DNA of 38,039 nt, taken from assembly GCF_001194135.2 (NCBI RefSeq), contig NC_068984.1, positions 129,558,306 through 129,596,344 of the forward strand, written 5' to 3'. The notes under the pieces are model-generated. The model did not search any database, had not been told where the DNA came from, and saw nothing but the letters and a program-made list of their open reading frames with translations. Origin of the DNA: Octopus bimaculoides (lineage: Eukaryota). Every line of letters begins with the position of its first letter. Position 1 is the stretch's first letter. The position numbers were made by a program, and so were the translations under genes. Positions 31,670 through 38,039 of this stretch are shown here, one piece after another.

Positions 31670-31900
31670 GTAGACAGCACGCTAAAAGTAATTTCATAAC
31701 GTAGACAGGATACTGAGGTAGGCCGCACGCTAAAGTATCACCCTCAACCACAAACCGCGAAGTTCTTAACGTTGGCAGCTCGCTTTACCGAGGTGTCAGG
31801 TAATGCTCGTGAGAAGGCTTGACTTTCCCAACGCCTTAACCGCGCCATCGCCCGTGGTAATGCGGCGAGCGTGCTGGCTTACTTCAGGAGGTTCTGTTAA
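31670..31900 (+). mobile_element. CRE-clade retrotransposon 3' end (restriction-like endonuclease region), decayed
   Basis: TAKFL..AARFTEVSGNAREKA*LSQRLNRAIARGNAASVL. Confidence 0.7.
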
Positions 31901-32179
31901 ACCTTGTGGTGTGTGACAAGTTACTGTGATATAAAAAAAGAAAAATCTCCACAAATGGTTTCAATAATTTTAACAGCAAGATTTGGAAGAACTAGAAAGT
32001 TCTCCGGTAATTTTCTTTCATGTAAATAAATTATTATCAATTTAAAAATTTGCCAGCAAAAATCTTATAAAATGAAATGTTCTAAAAGATGTACATGTTT
32101 ATATGTAATAAATGAAAATAATAATTTTACATTAAAATAATGTATTTGCGCGCCCACACAATCAACCTCTTCAGCTTAG

Positions 32180-32235
32180 CAACATTTTGTGCTAAATTGA
32201 CCTCAGCGGGGGTTTGAACTCAGAACGTAAAGAGA
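32180..32235 (-). mobile_element. Short S4 SINE fragment
   Basis: TTGACCTCAGCGGGGGTTTGAACTCAGAACGTAAAGA. Confidence 0.55.
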
Positions 32236-32527
32236 TGCAATTAATTACAAAACAATCGACTACCTTATTAAATACATATTTCTACAAAATTTCATAAATT
32301 TGCGACAAAGAATGAAATCGCATAATATTCGTATTTTGCTGTTTGAAACAAAGGTACTTTGGTTTAAAGTGGGAATCGAAAACCGATTGCAGAATTCGCT
32401 CGCCTGAGATTTATTCTTGCGTTGAATTTTCCTACTCAAGTATAAATGTGCTTTACTTGCGTTGAATTTTTTAAGAGTAAATATGATTTCGCAATCCACT
32501 TGTTCATACGCTAACTTTTCAATTTAG

Positions 32528-32790
32528 GGATCCTGTTCAAAACGGGGGCACCAGTATTTTCTTAACGAAACACTTTGAAACTTGGGACACTGGTAGAATG
32601 TGTCATATAAAACATCTTTTTCTCTTAGTCTTCTTAACAAAAAAACGTACATCGCAAGTTATTTCATGTTAAAGTTGTCGTATTTCTGTAATTTCAACCA
32701 ATGACTGACATCCATTCAGCCGAATAACAGTAAGTGCTGACTACGTAAACAAACGATTCTCGCGGTGATAAAATTATTATTTCCTTGTCA
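32528..32790 (-). mobile_element. Truncated copy of the 11422-12015 MITE (one arm)
   Basis: Reverse complement of ~11770-12015, beginning GGATCC.GTTCAAAACGGGGGCACCAGT. Confidence 0.85.
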
Positions 32791-33549
32791 AAAAATGGCT
32801 GAAGCATACTGGCAGTAGCTAATAAACCTTTCTATTATAGGCACACAATACCAAAAGTGAGGGCTGTTGTTTAAAAGTCTATACTCTGTATTCGAGAAAA
32901 GTTATTTATATTCCGCTCACAAGACTAAATTACCCATTGAGGTACCACACTTGAAACTGTCTATTTTACTCTTAACAAATACCTACCTTTTATTGTGAAA
33001 TTTATTTTTTCTCAGTAACTCCACTTCGCCATAACACACGCGGCAGATGTAGACACCCAAGATTTTAAGCATCCTACTTCTAGTTTCACAGACACAACTA
33101 ATGAATAAAAAAATATATATATAATCATTGGATTAATTTTTTTCTTAGTAAAAAACATTTGATATCAAATGTTGTTTCTTAGCAGTTTCAATTTAAAAAG
33201 AAATTTTAGAACTGAGGTATGAAACATTTTATATGAAGTCTTATTTCATAATAGTAATATAGAAAAGAAAAATACGTTTTATGTCTGTAGAGTACGGATT
33301 CAGATTTAAGTGGTTTGAATGAAAACTTAAGTAGTCGTTCCATTTTTACGTCTCCACCAATGGTTTTCCTAACTTAAATCTACTCCTAAGGGAATTCTCA
33401 AAAGAAAACTGTTCGATATTAACTTCCACAGTGTTATGGGAATACCTTATACTATTTAACTCTTTATGGGTCTGAAGAGAATAAAGTTAACCGGTATTAT
33501 TTAATCTATTTCGAGTTTCGGTAGATTAATACTTCACTTTAAGACAGAA

Positions 33550-33860
33550 ATCTTGGGACTTTCAGGACACAAGTTTTCAGTAAACTTCCAGAGAAATATA
33601 CAGCTCCAACCTCGCCGCATTTGTCGCAAACCACGGTATCGCGAAGGAAAGAAAAATCAATAAGTACAGGAGCTTGGCTGGCAGCCGTCGAGACGTCAGG
33701 TGTTATAGGACCCCATATTATTGCATTCTTCCACAAAATTGGGATAACGGCCGCCCGTCAGAGAAATGAGCTCCGCGAGGTGGAATGGCTACTGCAGCGA
33801 GTGTCGCTGACCATTCTTCGCAGCAACACCATCGCTGTCATTTCCGCGAGGTGCGATTAA
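33550..33860 (+). mobile_element. Second CRE-clade retrotransposon 3' end (restriction-like endonuclease region), decayed
   Basis: WDF..., KERKINKYRSLAG, then in a shifted frame AVETSGVIGP..FFHKIG...ELREVEWLLQRVSLTILRSN. Confidence 0.75.
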
Positions 33861-34613
33861 GCATCCTTCTTGTTCCAGAATATATGGCCCATATCATTCG
33901 TCTTCCGCTGCTTTTGCTTCCACTTTTTTTCTCCATTTATTTTCATCATTTCCGTGCTGACAACAGTTAAAAACTTCCTCACACTCTCGAGTTATATTCT
34001 ATTGCAATTAGATTTTGTATGGTGCAGAAATGGCTAGTGAATGGATAAATGTAGACACAAATGTCCTGCCAAATCATGAGCTCCATCTTTTAATAAAGGA
34101 TATTCAATGTCGAGCAGATGTAGCCATGCATTTATTTATCAACTTAGCTACAAATACCACTATTCCTGTTGCTGGTAGTCTCGATCCTGGTTGTACTGAC
34201 GAAGCTGAACCATATACAGATAAACTAATTTGATAAAAAATATCCAGAATACCTAAGGACAGATTATGACAACTTTGTTTTTAAAGAAAACGAACCCCTT
34301 TATTCTTGGCTTCAACGTGTTTTTGCAAACTAAAGTGTTAGTAATAGCTTTTCATAGACTTACCAGATTGGGAGATAGCGTTGCATTGAGGCAATTTTCT
34401 TTACTCGCCTGATTCCAGTCTACTAGTCTCAACTGTCAGCGATATTTATCTATACCCAATTACACACATACATATGAATATATATATATATGTGTGTGTG
34501 TGTGTAAATAGAATTTATACATAGTATGTGTGAAATATGATTTGTGAGTTCAAATCATCACAAAGAATTCGTTGAACCTCTAAGTAGGCCACTAGGTTGT
34601 ACAAAATTCAATT

Positions 34614-34950
34614 GCTTACGATAATATTACAGTTCTCGTCCGATTACCGAAGTTAAGCAAAACGCCAAGTCATGTTAGTACTTAGGTGACTGCTTGGAAA
34701 ACCTAAGCTCCATGAGTATCTTAAGTTTTTCAAGATAACGAGGGACATACGTGATTGCTTACCTGCTAGAGGTAGCAATCAAATCACAACCCATACCTTA
34801 CGGAAAATAAAGAAGGAAAAAAAACTGAAATAAATTTACTGGATACTGTAATGCTTAATAACTCGGCAGAGACGCGATGGTCAAGGCTAACAGTCCGTTT
34901 AATCGTATGTCTTCCCAATCAGAGTTCACCTGCGACTAAAAGAAAACAAT
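34614..34950 (+). mobile_element. 5S rRNA-derived SINE (SINE3-type) or 5S pseudogene with SINE-like body
   Basis: 34614-34708 GCTTACGA..GTTCTCGTCCGATTACCGAAGTTAAGCAA..GTTAGTACTT..GGTGAC..CTTGGAAAAC aligns to animal 5S rRNA with deletions. The downstream CCTGCTAGA module is also seen at 17593. Confidence 0.65.
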
Positions 34951-35339
34951 TCACTTAACTATCGAAAATACGTACCAGGACATCAGAGAAAGTTGTCAGT
35001 GAAAGCTTGGTCTTTTAAAGTATGGGAGAATTGCTTTTCATTCACCCAACGTCTTAGAAACTGGATTTAAGAATCGGTCTTACAGACCTCTTGGAAATGA
35101 AAAGGGTTAAATGACTGTTTTTCTTTTTTCTTTTTTAATAAAGAATGAATGCAGAGTAATGTGGGTAGGCATCATCACTTTCTGTTTTTGGGTCTCCTGC
35201 TTGTAACTTTGTTGATAGGAATGGACATAAAAGTGATACTTCGTACACATGTAGAGGCCATTTCTATATAGATTAGTCGTTCCTAACTTTATTTTTGTCA
35301 TTTGAACTCTCATACAAATTCCCAAAACTGCAAAATCCT

Positions 35340-35470
35340 TACAGAGTGGACTTAGTGCTTTTTACGTGGCACAAGCGAGGTCAGTTTTGGCAAGGTTTTT
35401 ACAGCTGGATGCCCTTCCGAACACCAAACACATTATGGTGTCGACTGGGTGCTTTTAAGTGGCAGCTGCA
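35340..35470 (-). mobile_element. S1 SINE fragment followed by a purine-rich tract (to ~36140)
   Basis: TTTTTACAGCTGGATGCCCTTCC..CTGGGTGCTTTTA is the reverse of 25-95. Confidence 0.65.
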
Positions 35471-36203
35471 CTGACAGAGTTACCAAGTACTTGCAAGACA
35501 TAACAGAAGAAAAACTTTTAAGAGAGGAGGAGATGAGACAGATACAGGCGTCTTGCTGTAGAGGAAGTACAAAGTTACCCGGCCAGAGAGAGAAACATCA
35601 GGAATGAAGAAAGAAACAGGCGTGCTATCGCTAAAAAAATATACGGTTGCCCAACCTGAGGGACGTGTAAGAGGAGAGAGTGGGAGACAGCAGGATAGAG
35701 ATGGTGGTAAAATGCTGGGCATACACACAAGAAACGGTGATCAGAATATGAGATGGTTGAGTAAAGGAAGAGAGAGATATAGATGGTGGCAAGTGCCAGG
35801 GCAAACCCTTGAGGTTCAAATGCCATAATATAAGTGGCAGGATATTGTGAAGAGAGTGTGCGCAAGTGGCGAAAGATCTGAGTATATATAGAGTTGGGGT
35901 GGGGGCTACCGGATAGAGAGGAACAGGGGTGTGAGAGCTAGGTATAGTGTATGAAGGCGTAAATGTGAGAAAGAGATGTAGATTGGTTTGTTGGAGTAGA
36001 GTGAGGGCAAAGTTTTGTTATGTTGGTGGAACACCCAGGTCGGGGGCAAGCGGAGAGCAATGATGCAATGGCACAGGACCAAGAGGTCAGGATTGGGAGG
36101 TAATCAAAGTAGATGAAGTTGAAATGTGAGGAAAAGAAGAGAAGTAGAGACGTAGTTTGGTTTGTTGTGGTAGTGTGCGAGAAGTTTTCTTGTTAAGTAT
36201 GGG

Positions 36204-36560
36204 TGGCGCAATGGCCCAGTGGTTAGGGCAGCGGACTCGCGGTTTCGATTCCCAGACCGGGCGTTGTGAGTGTTTATTGAGCAAAAACACCTAGAACTCC
36301 ACGAGGCTCCGGCAGGGGATGGTGGCGAATCCTGCTGTACTTTTTCACCACAACTTTCTCTCACTCTTACTTCCTGTTTCTGTTGTGCCTGTAATTCAAG
36401 GGGTCAGCCTTGTCACACTGAATATCCCCGAGAACTACGTTGAGGGTACACGTGTCTGTGGAGTGCTCAGCCACTTGCACGTTAATTTCACGAGCAGGCT
36501 GCTCCGTTGATCGGATCAACTGGAACCCTCGACGTCGTAAGCGACGGAGTGCCAACAAAC
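36204..36560 (+). mobile_element. SINE family S2 copy
   Basis: Near-identical to 769-1141. 12-bp direct repeat AAGTATGGGTGG at 36195-36206 / 36561-36572, overlapping the head. Confidence 0.9.
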
Positions 36561-36760
36561 AAGTATGGGTGGGATACACAGCACTTCAAGAACTCAGTTT
36601 CGCTGATATGGGCGGGTATTAAGAACTTCATGTCGCCAGACATCTTGGTCCACTGTCATTTCATCTGTGAGGCCCAACTTCCTGGCCCTCCATCTTCCAC
36701 GAGTACCATCCACTTTCAGTGACCGACACTTCTTTATGCAGAAGTGTGTATGTACACATA

Positions 36761-37105
36761 TATCTTTTACTTGTGTCATTTGAGTGCGGCCATGCTTGCG
36801 TAGTCTTGAAGGGTTTTAGTCGAATATATTGACTCCAGGACTTGTTTTCTTAAAGTCTGGTAGTATTCTATTGGTTTGTTTCGCCGAACTGCTGTTATGG
36901 GGACGTAAACACACCAACACCGTTTGTCAAACAGCGGTGGGGGACTAAGACACACACACATATATATACGATAGGCTTCTTTCAGCTTCCGTCTACAAGG
37001 CTTGTCAACCCGAGATTATAGAAGGCATTTGCCCAATGAGCCATGCAGTGGGACTGAACCCGAAACCATGTGGTTGGGAAGCAAGCTCCTTACCACACAG
37101 CCACT
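36761..37105 (-). mobile_element. SINE family S3 copy
   Basis: Reverse alignment to 19141 and 27001. Confidence 0.75.
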
Positions 37106-37294
37106 TGTTTTGATATAACATTTGTAAACGGGCGCTACCGTCATACGATGTTGTTCGTTTCCAGTTTTCCGTGAAAAACACCGGGTCCTGACGAAATATT
37201 ACCTTGCTTGGAAACAAATTCCTTCTTAAAGAAGCACAGAAGAGTGGACGTTAAATTTTATTGACATATACACTTTTTATGTATTCATAGCCTA

Positions 37295-37471
37295 TATTTT
37301 CTACTCTAAGCACAAGGACCAAAATTTTGGGGGAGGGAGCCAGTCGATTAGATCGACCTCGAAAGGATGAAAGACAAAGTTGACCTTGGCAGAATTTGAA
37401 CTCAGAACATAAAGACAGACGAAATATCGCTCAGCATTTGGCCCGGCGTGCTAACATTTCTGCCAGCTCGC
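37295..37471 (-). mobile_element. SINE family S4 copy (internally deleted)
   Basis: GATCGACCTCGAAAGGATGAAAGACAAAGTTGACC core. Confidence 0.8.
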
Positions 37472-37700
37472 AGATGGCCTTGTCATGATAGATGCTTTCA
37501 CAACGTTGAAGGTGTCTTGTGACACCTGAAGAGCCTACAACTACCGGAATGTATTATCTAGATATTTTTTGCTAACTTGTAATTAGCAATAATGGTTTCA
37601 AGACACAGCAGTTACAACTGTGACGTTTTTACCTCCTAAAGTTAAATCTTACAATTCTGTATATTTGGATTGTAATACATACCCCAATCTGTTACATCTA

Positions 37701-38039
37701 GTTGTTATTGGCACTCCGTCGCTTACGATGTCGAGGGTTCCAGTTGATCCGATCAACGGAACGGCCTGCTCGTGAAATTAACGTGCAAGTGGCTGAGCAC
37801 TCCACACACACGTGTACCCTTAACGTAGTTCTCAGGTAAATTCAGCGCGACAAGGCTGGCCCTTTGAATTACAGGCACAACAGAAACAGGAAGTAAGAGA
37901 GAGAGAAAATTGTGGTGGAAGAGTACAGCAGGGTTCGCCACCATCCCTTGCCGGAGCCTCGTGGAGCTTTAGGTGTTTTCGCTCAATAAACACTCACGAT
38001 TCTATGACCGAGAGTCCACTACCCTAACCACTGGGCCAT
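37701..38039 (-). mobile_element. SINE family S2 copy, running off the window end
   Basis: Reverse complement of 780-1140, with a different head deletion. Confidence 0.9.

Noticed and set aside
34614-34708. Functional 5S rRNA gene
   Set aside because: About 95 nt with internal deletions and no T-run terminator, so a derived copy.

Overview
AT-rich animal genomic DNA, probably an octopus (inferred from the repeat landscape and the effector-less C2H2 cluster, not database-confirmed). It holds a cluster of tandem C2H2 zinc-finger genes: A (-, 15 fingers), B (-, 10 fingers) and C (+, 17 intact fingers). There is also the first exon of a fourth paralogue D, whose coding exon would lie left of the window, and a truncated first-exon remnant E. 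The paralogues share one inferred architecture: non-coding exon 1 with a conserved 21-bp motif, conserved splice donor and intron block, identical acceptor, ~300-nt leader, finger array, conserved 3' UTR and AATAAA. B and C are head-to-head. The rest is mostly decayed mobile DNA: at least five SINE families (one with a 5S rRNA-derived head), RTE and CRE-like LINE fragments, a Gypsy pol fragment, a Tc1/mariner (maT-like) relic and a Merlin/IS1595-type transposase relic. Several GG-terminated foldback MITEs with 8-9 bp TSDs lie close to the ZNF first exons, and some carry inverted telomere-type (TTAGGG) repeats. There are three assembly gaps. No prokaryotic-type system such as CRISPR is present.
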